Assembly: GCA_021790215.1 (NCBI GenBank)
Contig: JAJYIG010000001.1
Span: 194-64,193 of the forward strand
Reading direction: 5' to 3'
DNA from: a bacterium
GTDB lineage: Bacteria > Patescibacteriota > Microgenomatia > UBA8517
DNA: 64,000 bases
Under the pieces are notes generated by a model, which saw only the letters and a program-made list of their open reading frames with translations, searched no databases and was not told where the DNA came from. A program made the translations under genes and the position numbers. Shown piece by piece: positions 10,037 through 19,653 of the stretch. The stretch's first letter is position 1. Each line of letters begins with the position of its first letter.

Positions 10037-11092
10037 TTAGATAGTAGCTAACCAGAGCCCGAAGACGGCAAGAAGTATTCCCAAAATCCATGCTCTCATA
10101 ACAATCTTCGGCTCTTGCCATCCACGCGCAAGAAAAGAATGATGAAGCGGTGCCAAAGTGAAAATTGGTTTTTTCAAAAATTTCCAGCCAAAGATCTGAA
10201 TTGCAGACGAAGCGACTTCAACTACAAAAATTCCACCAATAATAAGGAGGGCAACGATCTTCCCGGAAAGAAGACCTATTACTGCCAAAGTTGCGCCAAA
10301 TGATAGTGCACCCGCATCACCCAGGAAAATTCTTGCAGGCCAAACATTGAAATACAAGAAAGCTAGAAGTCCGCCAATCCATAAGGAAACAAAGATGGAT
10401 AAGGGAGTGTCTATCCTCCCGGCAGCAATAATCTCAAATGCAAAGAGACAAATTACCAAAAGTCCCACAGATAGTCCGTCGAGTCCGTCTGTAATATTAA
10501 AAGCATTTGAAAAAGAAACAATAGCTGCTGCAGCAAACGGAATATACCAAGGGCCCAAGTTCCAAACTATTCCGAAAATGGGAATATTAACAATTTGGAT
10601 ACCAAGAAGCTTATACATCATAAACCCTATTGAAAATCCCAAAATCCACTGCAAAAGGAATTTAGTACCGCGTCTTAATCCAAACCAAAGACCCAAGAAT
10701 CCTTTTGTCGGTTTTGCAAACATTTTGAGAAGATCATCGGACAAACCAAGAATACCAAAGGACAGGAAAGTAAAGAATATGACAAAAAGTTCAGAGTGCA
10801 AAGGGTAAGAGGTTTTTATAAAAATTCCCACCCGTTCAGCAAGCGGAAAAAGTATTGCAAATAGAAGACAAAGAAGAAAAATTATTAAAATTCCGCCGCC
10901 CACCGGCGTTCCGGCTTTTTTATCGTGAAGCTTATCAAAAAGCGGGACTTTACCGGTTTTTGGCGCCTCACGCCGCCTAGTGAAATGCAATCTATAAAGT
11001 AAGTCGATAAAAGGAATTATCAAAACAGAGGATATTAAGAAGGAAAAAATAATAATACCCAATGCTAATGGCAAAAAATGAGAGGTGGTCAT
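10037..11092 (-). CDS. mraY: Phospho-MurNAc-pentapeptide transferase MraY
   Basis: KAGTPVGGG, SDD, NAFNITDGLDGL, FLYFN-PARIFLGDAG, APLHH. Confidence 0.95.
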   Translation of the reverse strand: MTTSHFLPLALGIIIFSFLISSVLIIPFIDLLYRLHFTRRREAPKTGKVPLFDKLHDKKAGTPVGGGILIIFLLCLLFAILFPLAERVGIFIKTSYPLHSELFVIFFTFLSFGILGLSDDLLKMFAKPTKGFLGLWFGLRRGTKFLLQWILGFSIGFMMYKLLGIQIVNIPIFGIVWNLGPWYIPFAAAAIVSFSNAFNITDGLDGLSVGLLVICLFAFEIIAAGRIDTPLSIFVSLWIGGLLAFLYFNVWPARIFLGDAGALSFGATLAVIGLLSGKIVALLIIGGIFVVEVASSAIQIFGWKFLKKPIFTLAPLHHSFLARGWQEPKIVMRAWILGILLAVFGLWLATI

Positions 11093-11122
11093 AAAAACCT
11101 AGGGTACAATGCCCTGAGAGAC

Positions 11123-11152
11123 ATTATATACTACTTGTGAAAACTATGACAA
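11123..11152 (-). promoter_or_regulatory. Sigma70-type promoter upstream of mraY (TTGTCA-N18-TATAAT)
   Basis: Found in the Fem-mraY intergenic gap, 30 nt upstream of the mraY ATG. Confidence 0.55.
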
Positions 11153-11157
11153 TCAAG

Positions 11158-12180
11158 CTAAAGACGTCTCAAAAATTTTCTAATTCTCTCAAACAAATAT
11201 GTCAACCAATATAGCGGCGAAGTGGGCAGGTCACTAGCATGTAACCAATCTACCCTTTGTCCACCAAATCCGGTCTTGAATAAAGTTACTCCTGCAAAAC
11301 GATGATTCGGATTATTGTTCGGTGCAACTCCCCATAAATTATAGTATTTCAAACTACGTCTTTTTGCCTCCTGGATAATTTTCCATTGAAGGTAGTAAGA
11401 AAATGGCAAGCTAGGATATTTAGATGTTGATGCACTGAAATGATAGTAGGCAGCATTCCCATAAAATATTATTATTGCAGCTGCTAACACCTTCCGGTTC
11501 AACTTACACTCAAAAACACGCACACGATTGTCTTTTGCAAACGTTTCTATCTCTGCCTCAAACAGCTTTTGAGGAAAACCTACAAATTTATGACGTTTAG
11601 CAGTTTCCACTTGGAGATCGAACAATATCTTTGCCCTCCTCGGATCCTCTGACAACTCAACACTCAAACCGGAACCCAAACCTTTTTTCACAAGATACCT
11701 TGTCGATTTTCTCATTCCCATAAGTATTTTTTCTTCATCCTGGCTAATATCCAATATCCACGTATTTTCTGCATGAAGATGCATCGGCGCAGAGACAAAT
11801 CCAAATGATTTAAGAAGTTCTCTGTTATCTCTGGATTCAAGTATTTCCGGGCGTATTCTAACAAACCAAACACCTTCAGTATATGCAAGACTTCCTATCT
11901 CATCGACAAAAAAACGAAGCAGTTTTTTATTTCCAAAATCAAGAACAGGCCCGCCAGGGACAATCAGATGAGGCCCTCTTTTTGCATCCTCTCTGATAAG
12001 AAGGCATATGCCCACAAGTTTTTTCCCTTGGAAGAAACCAAGACGAAAAATTTTTGCTCCCATTCGTTCATTGACTTCACCCCAGTTCCACGACTGAAGA
12101 AATGACTTAGGATCTTTAGACAGCAAGAATCTCTCCCAAACCGCTTTATCTTCTATTACTTTTGATTTGTACTTCTCCAT
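11158..12180 (-). CDS. FemABX/FemX-family aminoacyl-tRNA-dependent peptidyl transferase
   Basis: FLQSWNWG, GP-LD, T-ILD, MRKSTRY-VKKG, YYH-SAS, LQW-II-EAK, YNLWG, GVTLFKTGFGG. Confidence 0.85.
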   Translation of the reverse strand: MEKYKSKVIEDKAVWERFLLSKDPKSFLQSWNWGEVNERMGAKIFRLGFFQGKKLVGICLLIREDAKRGPHLIVPGGPVLDFGNKKLLRFFVDEIGSLAYTEGVWFVRIRPEILESRDNRELLKSFGFVSAPMHLHAENTWILDISQDEEKILMGMRKSTRYLVKKGLGSGLSVELSEDPRRAKILFDLQVETAKRHKFVGFPQKLFEAEIETFAKDNRVRVFECKLNRKVLAAAIIIFYGNAAYYHFSASTSKYPSLPFSYYLQWKIIQEAKRRSLKYYNLWGVAPNNNPNHRFAGVTLFKTGFGGQRVDWLHASDLPTSPLYWLTYLFERIRKFLRRL

Positions 12181-13346
12181 AAATTTACAAGATTTGAAAT
12201 CCTCGTCGCTTCCTTCGCTGAAGTATTAATGTGAGTTGGAAGATTTAAGATTTGCTTTGAAATTTGTTCCGCCATAGGGCATTCTCCTTGATAACTTGTT
12301 TTAGCAAGCATTCTTCTTGGTGCAATGGGTGCATCATACCAAATATCTGAAACGTAAACCCTGTGACTTTTCAAATAAGTAACAAGGCCATTTCTGTTCT
12401 CTGTAAAAATCGGGTACCTTATGTTTGACGATTGATTGATATTCTTATTTAAATCATTCGATAACAAACTCTTATCAATAATCTCCATATATATCCTAGC
12501 AATTTTTCTTCGATGTCTGAGCTCAGAGTCAAATGAGGAAAACTTGTAATTAATCATAAAAGAATACCAATGAGGCAACCTGTGATATAAAACCAAATCC
12601 CTACCACCGATAGGTTGTGAAAGTACCTTTATTTTCTTCAGCAGAAAGTGTAAACCCCTTCCTAATCCAATTCGATAAAGACACCGAACCTTATACGTTA
12701 GGATTGGGTACAGTCGGTCTTTAAACCTTCTGATACTAGAAACATCAAAATACTGTATTTCTTTAAGACCCTTGTTAAACTTCTTGTTTCGTACAATCAG
12801 TGCGCCACCTGAAACGCCATCTATTATCTTATCCTGGCTGAACGAAAGCGTTGTAAAATCGCCAATTTTCCCAGCTTCCATACCATTTGAATAAAGGGTA
12901 CCTACACTATGAGCTAAATCTTCAATCAGAATAGTTTTATTTTTACTACAGTATTTTTTGATCTCCGCAATATCAACTGGATTACCAAGCGTATTTTGGA
13001 TAATGATAGCTTTCAGGTTTTTCACCTTTTCTAGTGCCTTGGACGAAAAATTCAAACTCTTGTCTATGTCTATATAGACAGGAATACACCCTGCTTCTAC
13101 CACGGCTTCATAAACCACAAAGCAAGTTAGCCCATTTACACCTATTCTGCTCCCTTTAGGGAATTGACACAGGTCAAGAGCTAACTTAATAGCTTCCCTG
13201 CCTTTATAGAGCAAAACTGGCTTTCCATCATATTTAGTATTCAAAAACTTTTTCAACTTCTCGCCTTCACCAAGAGTTCTCGAGGTAAAAAATGACTTAA
13301 CAACATATGCAAGGTTGTAATTTGAACCAAGCGAATTAAATACCAT
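12156..13346 (-). CDS. DegT/DnrJ/EryC1/StrS-family PLP-dependent enzyme
   Basis: GREAI, TC-VV, P-YIDID, IEDLAHS (PLP Asp), SFSQDK (PLP Lys) followed by GGAL, C-terminal ILNLPTH. Start set at the ATG at 13346. Confidence 0.85.
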   Translation of the reverse strand: MVFNSLGSNYNLAYVVKSFFTSRTLGEGEKLKKFLNTKYDGKPVLLYKGREAIKLALDLCQFPKGSRIGVNGLTCFVVYEAVVEAGCIPVYIDIDKSLNFSSKALEKVKNLKAIIIQNTLGNPVDIAEIKKYCSKNKTILIEDLAHSVGTLYSNGMEAGKIGDFTTLSFSQDKIIDGVSGGALIVRNKKFNKGLKEIQYFDVSSIRRFKDRLYPILTYKVRCLYRIGLGRGLHFLLKKIKVLSQPIGGRDLVLYHRLPHWYSFMINYKFSSFDSELRHRRKIARIYMEIIDKSLLSNDLNKNINQSSNIRYPIFTENRNGLVTYLKSHRVYVSDIWYDAPIAPRRMLAKTSYQGECPMAEQISKQILNLPTHINTSAKEATRISNLVNLWRSTNQK

Positions 13347-14034
13347 TTTTAATAATATTCCAGACTCTCTCGGGATGAGTATAAAAAGGGGTGTGTCTTG
13401 CTCCGTCAACAATAACCAATCTTGAACCACGAATCAGCTTTTCCATAATTCTTCCGTCAGAAAGTGGAGTTATTGTATCGTCCCTGCCCCAGATAATAAG
13501 CGTAGGTGTTTCTATTTCATCTAAATATGGTACTAAATCAGTACGTGTTAAATTTACCATCGATATCTTCATATTCGCAGACGCTTTCTGATAGTCACGC
13601 TCTCTTGCAAGGTAATATAAAAGGTTCTTCAGCGAATCCGACTTAGTAACCTTCTTACCGATGCTACTGAGAGTGCCAAAAACAAAACGTTTTATCTGAA
13701 GGAACAGCTCCTTATGATAAACACCGGCCGGGTCAATCAAAATCAGTTCTTGGAACTTTTCAGGGTGCTTCGCTGCAAAATAGGCTGCAATTCTACCACC
13801 ATTACTATGTCCCAAAAGTACAATCTTTCCCTTAATTTTATTTAACTCATCTCCAAGCCAGTCAGAATACCTTTCAATATCCCACACCTCATCCGAAGGC
13901 GCAGTTAAACCCGGAATCTTAAGAAAGATTAATTCACAACCGTCCTTTTTTAATAACTTTGCAAAGGTTTTCCACTTATCCAACGAATAGGTCCAACCAT
14001 GCAAAACATATATTTTTTTAATCACAGTCCCCAT
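13336..14034 (-). CDS. Alpha/beta-fold hydrolase
   Basis: LHGW oxyanion motif, GHSNGG nucleophile elbow, PTLIIWGRDD acid, ARH catalytic His. Start is ATG 14034 or GTG 14025 (GTGA overlap with the murF stop). Confidence 0.85.
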   Translation of the reverse strand: MGTVIKKIYVLHGWTYSLDKWKTFAKLLKKDGCELIFLKIPGLTAPSDEVWDIERYSDWLGDELNKIKGKIVLLGHSNGGRIAAYFAAKHPEKFQELILIDPAGVYHKELFLQIKRFVFGTLSSIGKKVTKSDSLKNLLYYLARERDYQKASANMKISMVNLTRTDLVPYLDEIETPTLIIWGRDDTITPLSDGRIMEKLIRGSRLVIVDGARHTPFYTHPERVWNIIKNGI

Positions 14035-15278
14035 TTTTTCCTCCTTATCTCCCAAATTTTTTCTCTTCTAGAAAGCATTTCAATATTCTTCTTATTTTTA
14101 AGTAGATGTTCAATTACCCCTTCAAGAAATCTTGCTCCCTTAAAAAGGATAATCTCTCCGCCTCTTAGGTTGCTTTTAAGATATTCCAAAACCTCTTTCG
14201 GACCGAGGAACGCCACCGTACTATCCGGTAAAAGCGGTTTGGTGTATTGAGTAACCCTGGGCCCCATTAAAATTATCCTATCAAACTTAAAATTTAAGAT
14301 CAGTTTTGCAAGATTCTCATGTTCCTCCTTCTCTTCTTTTCCTTGTTCAAGCATGTCTCCCAAGACTACCCACTTCTTCCTGGCTTTTATCTTGCCAAAC
14401 ATGCCAACAACAGCAGACATTGAATCCATATTTGCATTGTAAGTACTATCTACTATGGTAGTACCTTTAATTCCTTCAAAAAGTGAGTTTCGCCCCGGGG
14501 GCAAAATAAATTTTCCAAACGTTACATCAAACTCAATACCTAAGTAATTTGTAATTTGCCTTGCCATAAGTATCGAGGTAGATATCTCACCTGGCATTAA
14601 ATATCTAAAACTCACAACAAAATCATCAAATTTAAATTCCGTTTTTCCCAAACTAATTGAGTAATTTTTCAAACTATGTTTAGAGGAAACAGAAACAACA
14701 TTTGCCATTGTCCTTCCAAGCTCGCTGGCCTCATACAAATCGTCATCATTAATTATGACGAGGTTTCGGGTGCGTTCAATAAAATAACCAAATTCATATG
14801 CAATTGCGTTTTCAATTCTTGAAAATTTGTTCTTTCCTACCAGCCTATCAAAGTTCATACTGTGAGTTCTTGATACGTTGGTCCAAGCAGTTACCTCAGG
14901 TTTTAGAAGAGAACTAATGAAATTTCCTTCATAGGGTCTGTCGCAGTCCGCTTCAACAATATATATCTTTTCTCTCGGAACTGGTTTGAAAAGACTAAAG
15001 ATAGGAAGAAAAACTATCTTGGGCCATTCAATAAATGTGAGGTCCTTTCTATGAATTCCCAAAATATCAAAGGGGATTCCGAACGAACTATTGGCCTCGT
15101 GTGTGTATTTTGCCTTATCTCCAATCTGGGACTCCACCAAATGAAGTAGTGTGGTCTTTCCACTCGATCCTGTAATGACAATTATTCTCGGATTCCAAAA
15201 TTTAAGTCTGAGAGAAGCAAAAAAACGAAAATAAAAGGCAAGTGGAAAGTAAAAAAGCCTTTTAATTCTTATGTACAT
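14022..15278 (-). CDS. murF: MurF-like Mur ligase (divergent, N-terminal domain absent)
   Basis: ITGSSGKTT P-loop at about residue 35, PPGR, IVDSTYNAN, VLGDMLEQG, ILFKGAR. Confidence 0.8.
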   Translation of the reverse strand: MYIRIKRLFYFPLAFYFRFFASLRLKFWNPRIIVITGSSGKTTLLHLVESQIGDKAKYTHEANSSFGIPFDILGIHRKDLTFIEWPKIVFLPIFSLFKPVPREKIYIVEADCDRPYEGNFISSLLKPEVTAWTNVSRTHSMNFDRLVGKNKFSRIENAIAYEFGYFIERTRNLVIINDDDLYEASELGRTMANVVSVSSKHSLKNYSISLGKTEFKFDDFVVSFRYLMPGEISTSILMARQITNYLGIEFDVTFGKFILPPGRNSLFEGIKGTTIVDSTYNANMDSMSAVVGMFGKIKARKKWVVLGDMLEQGKEEKEEHENLAKLILNFKFDRIILMGPRVTQYTKPLLPDSTVAFLGPKEVLEYLKSNLRGGEIILFKGARFLEGVIEHLLKNKKNIEMLSRREKIWEIRRKKWGL

Positions 15279-15284
15279 ACACTA

Positions 15285-15290
15285 ATTATA
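15285..15290 (-). promoter_or_regulatory. Perfect -10 hexamer TATAAT, 6 nt upstream of the murF ATG, formed by the murI terminal codons
   Basis: Minus strand reads ...GAT TTA TAA T tagtgt ATG. Confidence 0.5.
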
Positions 15291-16059
15291 AATCGACCTT
15301 GGTTATTTTGTCTTGAAGCTTTTGCCCCAAGAAGATTTCAGCCATCCTAGTAAAACGTTCGGTAAAATCTGTAACAAAGTAAGTGCTTTTGCCTACCAAA
15401 TTTTGGGAGTTTAACATCGAGTTTACTTTTAAATATTCGTAAACTTGTTTAGCCGCGGCTTTACCAGGATCAATTAACTTCACTCGATAATCAACCTCAC
15501 TCTCAATAATATTTTGGATAATCGGGTAGTGGGTACATCCCATTATCAGGGTATCTATTTTCTTTTTTTTAAAAGGATCTAAATATTTTTTAGCAATTAG
15601 TTTAAGTGCAGGTGTGTCAATTTCATCCTCCTCAATAAAGGGAACAAATAGAGGACAGCTTTGGGAATAAGAAACTTTATATGCGCCACTCTCGATTGTT
15701 CCCCTGGTACCGATTACTCCAATTTTTCCGGTTTTTGAAATCTTCCTTGCTTCGTCAATAGCCGGAGTAATTACGTCAAAGATCGGAACTCCCAATTTCT
15801 TTTTTAGAGCATTACCAGCAAGAGCCGAGGCGGTATTGCAGGCAATAACAATGCACTTAACTTTTTTATCCAAAAGAAAATTTGCATCTTCAAATGCAAA
15901 TTTTGTTACTGTTTCTTTACTTCTTGTTCCATAAGGAACTCCGGCAGTGTCTCCCAAATAAATAAAATCCTCATGCGGCATAAGTTTTATTAACTGCTTC
16001 AAAACTGTTAAACCACCAAGACCTGAGTCAAAAACTCCAATAGGATTTTCTTTAGTCAT
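15286..16059 (-). CDS. murI: Glutamate racemase
   Basis: IGVFDSGLGGLTV, DTA-VPYG, IACNTAS and GCTHYP catalytic cysteines. Confidence 0.96.
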   Translation of the reverse strand: MTKENPIGVFDSGLGGLTVLKQLIKLMPHEDFIYLGDTAGVPYGTRSKETVTKFAFEDANFLLDKKVKCIVIACNTASALAGNALKKKLGVPIFDVITPAIDEARKISKTGKIGVIGTRGTIESGAYKVSYSQSCPLFVPFIEEDEIDTPALKLIAKKYLDPFKKKKIDTLIMGCTHYPIIQNIIESEVDYRVKLIDPGKAAAKQVYEYLKVNSMLNSQNLVGKSTYFVTDFTERFTRMAEIFLGQKLQDKITKVDL

Positions 16060-17362
16060 TCTGAAGAGATTCTACAGCCTTTTTGAATTGATTTCCCCTA
16101 TCCTTGTAATTTCGAAACATGTCAAAGGAGGCAGAGGCCGGCGATAAGATAACCACTCCTCCTTTTGGTGTAACTTCATACGCCTTCTTAACTATCTTAT
16201 CCATCGACGAATACCCCAAATCAAACATTTCACCTTTAAAGACATGGTCTTTAAAGGTATCTAAAATCTTTACCCTAGTGTCACCAACCAAAATGATGTT
16301 TATGATATTTTTTTTCTTCACTATCTCACGCGCCAGGTCAGCATAATCCAATCCTTTATCACTTCCTCCCAAAATCAATGTCTCCGGCTCGGAAAAAGAA
16401 TTTATTGCAGCAATTGTAGGTTGAGGTCCCGTTGCAAAAGAATCATTATAAAAAGTCACGCCACCCACCGTACTAACAAGTTCCAAACGATGTTCCAAAC
16501 CTTTAAAGTTTTTTACCGTCTCAAGAATTTTATCATCACCAACTTCTAAAATCCTGCCGACAGAAACCGCCGCAGCAATATTTTCTAAATTATGTTCTCC
16601 CCTTAAAAGCAGCTTTTCTTTGAATTTACTATCTAAAAATTCTTTCGAAAAAAATATTACTTTCCCTTTTGTAAATTCTGCGAAGCTTCTTGAAGTTTCA
16701 TATTCCTCGTTTATAAGCGAATAATCAGAAGGTTTTTGATGACTGACGATATTTCTTTTTGCCTCAACATACTCTTCCCGATTCTTGTGCCAATCAAGGT
16801 GATCAACAGTAATATTAAGAACCACAGCAATGTGTGGACTAACATTCATATCTATAAGTTGGAAAGAAGACATTTCCATTATTACGAGACTATCAGAAGA
16901 CAGCTCCGGCAAAAGCTCCAAATAAGGCTTACCTATATTCCCAGCAAGATAGACATTCTTTCCTGCTGCTTTCAAAATCTCATAAACTAAAGTCGATGTT
17001 GTCCCTTTACCTTTAGTACCGGTCACGCCAATAATTTTGCCCGGACATTCATCAAAAAATATTTTTATGGGGCTTGTAATTATTACACCTGATTCCTCCG
17101 CAGAAATTATTTCAGGGATATATCTGTAAACTCCGGGTGAACGGACAATCAGGTCAAAATCATTGAGCCCTTCCTTTAGGTAATCTTGTCCGAGCTTCCA
17201 TGAAACGTCGTTCACGTTGAGCTTCTCAATACTTTCATTTCGGTCAAAAACGGTGATCTTTGCACCTCGTTTTCTCAAAAAATTCAAGGCATCTTTCCCT
17301 TCCAAGCCAAAACCCAAAATCGCAACATTTTTATTTCTATATTCCATATTGTTTGTATTCAT
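16052..17362 (-). CDS. murD: UDP-MurNAc-L-Ala:D-Glu ligase MurD
   Basis: RSPG, VTGTKGKGTT, GNIG, EMSSFQL, DHLDWH, HRLE, NDSFAT, LSPASASFDMF-NY-RG-F. Start is 17362 or 17347. Confidence 0.95.
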   Translation of the reverse strand: MNTNNMEYRNKNVAILGFGLEGKDALNFLRKRGAKITVFDRNESIEKLNVNDVSWKLGQDYLKEGLNDFDLIVRSPGVYRYIPEIISAEESGVIITSPIKIFFDECPGKIIGVTGTKGKGTTSTLVYEILKAAGKNVYLAGNIGKPYLELLPELSSDSLVIMEMSSFQLIDMNVSPHIAVVLNITVDHLDWHKNREEYVEAKRNIVSHQKPSDYSLINEEYETSRSFAEFTKGKVIFFSKEFLDSKFKEKLLLRGEHNLENIAAAVSVGRILEVGDDKILETVKNFKGLEHRLELVSTVGGVTFYNDSFATGPQPTIAAINSFSEPETLILGGSDKGLDYADLAREIVKKKNIINIILVGDTRVKILDTFKDHVFKGEMFDLGYSSMDKIVKKAYEVTPKGGVVILSPASASFDMFRNYKDRGNQFKKAVESLQND

Positions 17363-17381
17363 GTATTACTACATGAATACA
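17354..17381. repeat. Perfect 12-bp inverted repeat TGTATTCATGTA-TTAC-TACATGAATACA over the murD start; second copy at 56765-56792
   Basis: Read directly from the sequence; the arms are exact reverse complements. Confidence 0.85.
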
Positions 17382-17388
17382 TTGAAAA

Positions 17389-19653
17389 TTAAAAGTTTAT
17401 TAACTGGACTTCACGCTCCAGCCTTACACCAAATTTTCTAAAAACATCGGCAATTATATTTTCTGAAAGATCGTAAATATCTGAGGCACTAGATTTACCA
17501 TCAGGATTTATTAAAATAAGAGAGTTTCTGGATGAAACGGCAGCAGTCTTATAACTTTTACCCTTCCAACCGGCTTGTTCTATCAACCACGCTGCAGAAA
17601 CTTTAAAGGATTTACCAAAAGGAAAAATTTTTATTTCCGGATATTCTTTCTTCAATCTAGTTTCTGCATCCTGGGAGACAATCGGGTTTTTGAAAAAAGA
17701 TCCGGCATTGCCAATCTTTTTCGGATCCTCCAACTTTTCTGACCTAGCTTTTAAAACTGCGTTCCTTACCTGAAGTAAAGTAGAATTTTCAGAAAGATAG
17801 TTCTTAAGAGTTTCATAACCAATAAATGGTTTTCCACCTTTATTGAGTTTTAAAGTTACTTCTGTTATTAAAAATTTTTGCCAATGAGACTTTTTCTTAA
17901 AAATACTTTCTCTATAATCAAATTTACAATCTTCTTTATCGAAAGTGACAAATTTTTCTATATCAATGTTGTAAGCTTTAAGGCTCACAAAAACATCCTT
18001 CAGTTCCTGCCCATACGCTCCGATATTTTGTATGGGGGCAGCTCCTACTGTGCCGGGAATACCGGACATACACTCGATTCCCTGCAAATTATTCCGAACA
18101 GAATAGTCGACCAAATCGTCCCACTTCATTCCGGCACCTGCCGTAACCAAAGCTTCGTTCCCGTTAAAATTTACGTTAACGCTTTTACCCGAGAACTTAA
18201 TAACAATCCCATCAAAATCTTTGTCGCTAGGGAGGATGTCACTTCCACCTCCAATAATAAAAAATGGTTGATCATTCTTTTTAATTTCCTTCACCATTGC
18301 AGGTATCTCCACCTCTGAGTCAATCTCAACATATCGATTAATTTTTCCGCCAACCCTAAAGGTTGTAAGATCGGAAAATTTGACAGGAAGTAAATTGGCA
18401 ATTTCCCTCGCCCATAGGTAGCTTTTTCCGGCACCCATGACCAAGACAATATCACCTTCTCTTAAATCACGCAGCAATATATCTTTAATTTCTTCAAACG
18501 AATCAAATCCTTTCGCATCCTTATGTCCTGTCTCCTTTGCAACAATTTCCGGGGTAATTCCGAACGTCTCCTTATCGCGTGCCTTGAAAATCGGCCCGAT
18601 TAAAACTTTATCAGCATCCATAAAAGAATTTTTATATAAAGAAAGTAGGGCCTTGGTTCTGACAAAACCGTGCGGTTCATCGATAGCCCAAATCTTTGAT
18701 TTTGGGTAAACCTCGCGAAGCGCCGAGATTGTTGCCGCGATTGCTGTGGGGTGATGGGCATAATCATCATAAACTTTTACACTGCTTCTATCCGAAATAA
18801 GCTCAAGTCTCCTACCAATACCTTTGAAATTTTCAAGAGAGTCCCTAATGGTTTCATTTTTAATTCCCAGAAGTTCTGCAAGTTTCAAAACCCCCAAAGC
18901 ATTTGCAATATTGTGTTTACCCGGAATCTTCAGAGTAAAACCAAGGCTCTCTTTAGATGGAAAATATTTAATAATTTTGATATCGGCAGTATCAAGAGAT
19001 ACCAAAAGTTTTTGTATTCCTTCTGACTCCCCGTTAACGATCAGGGTTTTTTCTCCAACCAGGTTCCCGACAAATTTAGAAAAACTTTTAATTACCTCCT
19101 CCTCAGAAGCAAAATAATCGGGATGGTCAAACTCGATGTTATTTAGAACAATAATTTCCGGGTGATAATTCAGAAAATTATCGTTAAATTCATCTGCTTC
19201 AATGACAAAATACTCCCCCTTTCCATACCTGGAATTCCCGTTCCACTCAGGGACAGTCGCTCCAAGAACTACCGTGGGGTCCAGTCCGGCATCAACGAGA
19301 AGACGACCGGTCATTGCTGTTGTTGTAGATTTGCCATGAGTTCCTGCTACGCAAATTACCTTTTTATCCTTTGCCAGATACTTTCCTGCAAATTCCTCCC
19401 AAGTTACAACCACTTTTCTTTTCTCACCTTCGATAAGCTCCGGGCTTTTATTTTTCTGGAAATATACAGCTGGCGTGACAACCAATAAATCAATACCTTC
19501 CAAGTGTTTTGGATTGTGGCCCTGGATTATGTCACCGGAATATGCAGTACTTTTCTCCAAGTCACACCCCGTAATTTCATATCCCATGTTGGCAGCAAGC
19601 TTGGCAACTCCTGCCATTCCGCTTCCTCCAATTCCCATCATGTGAATTCTCAT
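17389..19653 (-). CDS. murC: Fused MurC (UDP-MurNAc:L-Ala ligase) and MurB (enolpyruvyl reductase)
   Basis: N-part: GIGGSGM, AGTHGKSTTT, EADE, DHPD, DDYAHHPT, MGAG. C-part: TTFRVGG, GGGSD, GIPGTVGAAPIQNIGAYG, YRESIFK, GNAGSFFKNP, LEREV. One uninterrupted 754-aa frame. Confidence 0.92.
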   Translation of the reverse strand: MRIHMMGIGGSGMAGVAKLAANMGYEITGCDLEKSTAYSGDIIQGHNPKHLEGIDLLVVTPAVYFQKNKSPELIEGEKRKVVVTWEEFAGKYLAKDKKVICVAGTHGKSTTTAMTGRLLVDAGLDPTVVLGATVPEWNGNSRYGKGEYFVIEADEFNDNFLNYHPEIIVLNNIEFDHPDYFASEEEVIKSFSKFVGNLVGEKTLIVNGESEGIQKLLVSLDTADIKIIKYFPSKESLGFTLKIPGKHNIANALGVLKLAELLGIKNETIRDSLENFKGIGRRLELISDRSSVKVYDDYAHHPTAIAATISALREVYPKSKIWAIDEPHGFVRTKALLSLYKNSFMDADKVLIGPIFKARDKETFGITPEIVAKETGHKDAKGFDSFEEIKDILLRDLREGDIVLVMGAGKSYLWAREIANLLPVKFSDLTTFRVGGKINRYVEIDSEVEIPAMVKEIKKNDQPFFIIGGGSDILPSDKDFDGIVIKFSGKSVNVNFNGNEALVTAGAGMKWDDLVDYSVRNNLQGIECMSGIPGTVGAAPIQNIGAYGQELKDVFVSLKAYNIDIEKFVTFDKEDCKFDYRESIFKKKSHWQKFLITEVTLKLNKGGKPFIGYETLKNYLSENSTLLQVRNAVLKARSEKLEDPKKIGNAGSFFKNPIVSQDAETRLKKEYPEIKIFPFGKSFKVSAAWLIEQAGWKGKSYKTAAVSSRNSLILINPDGKSSASDIYDLSENIIADVFRKFGVRLEREVQLINF

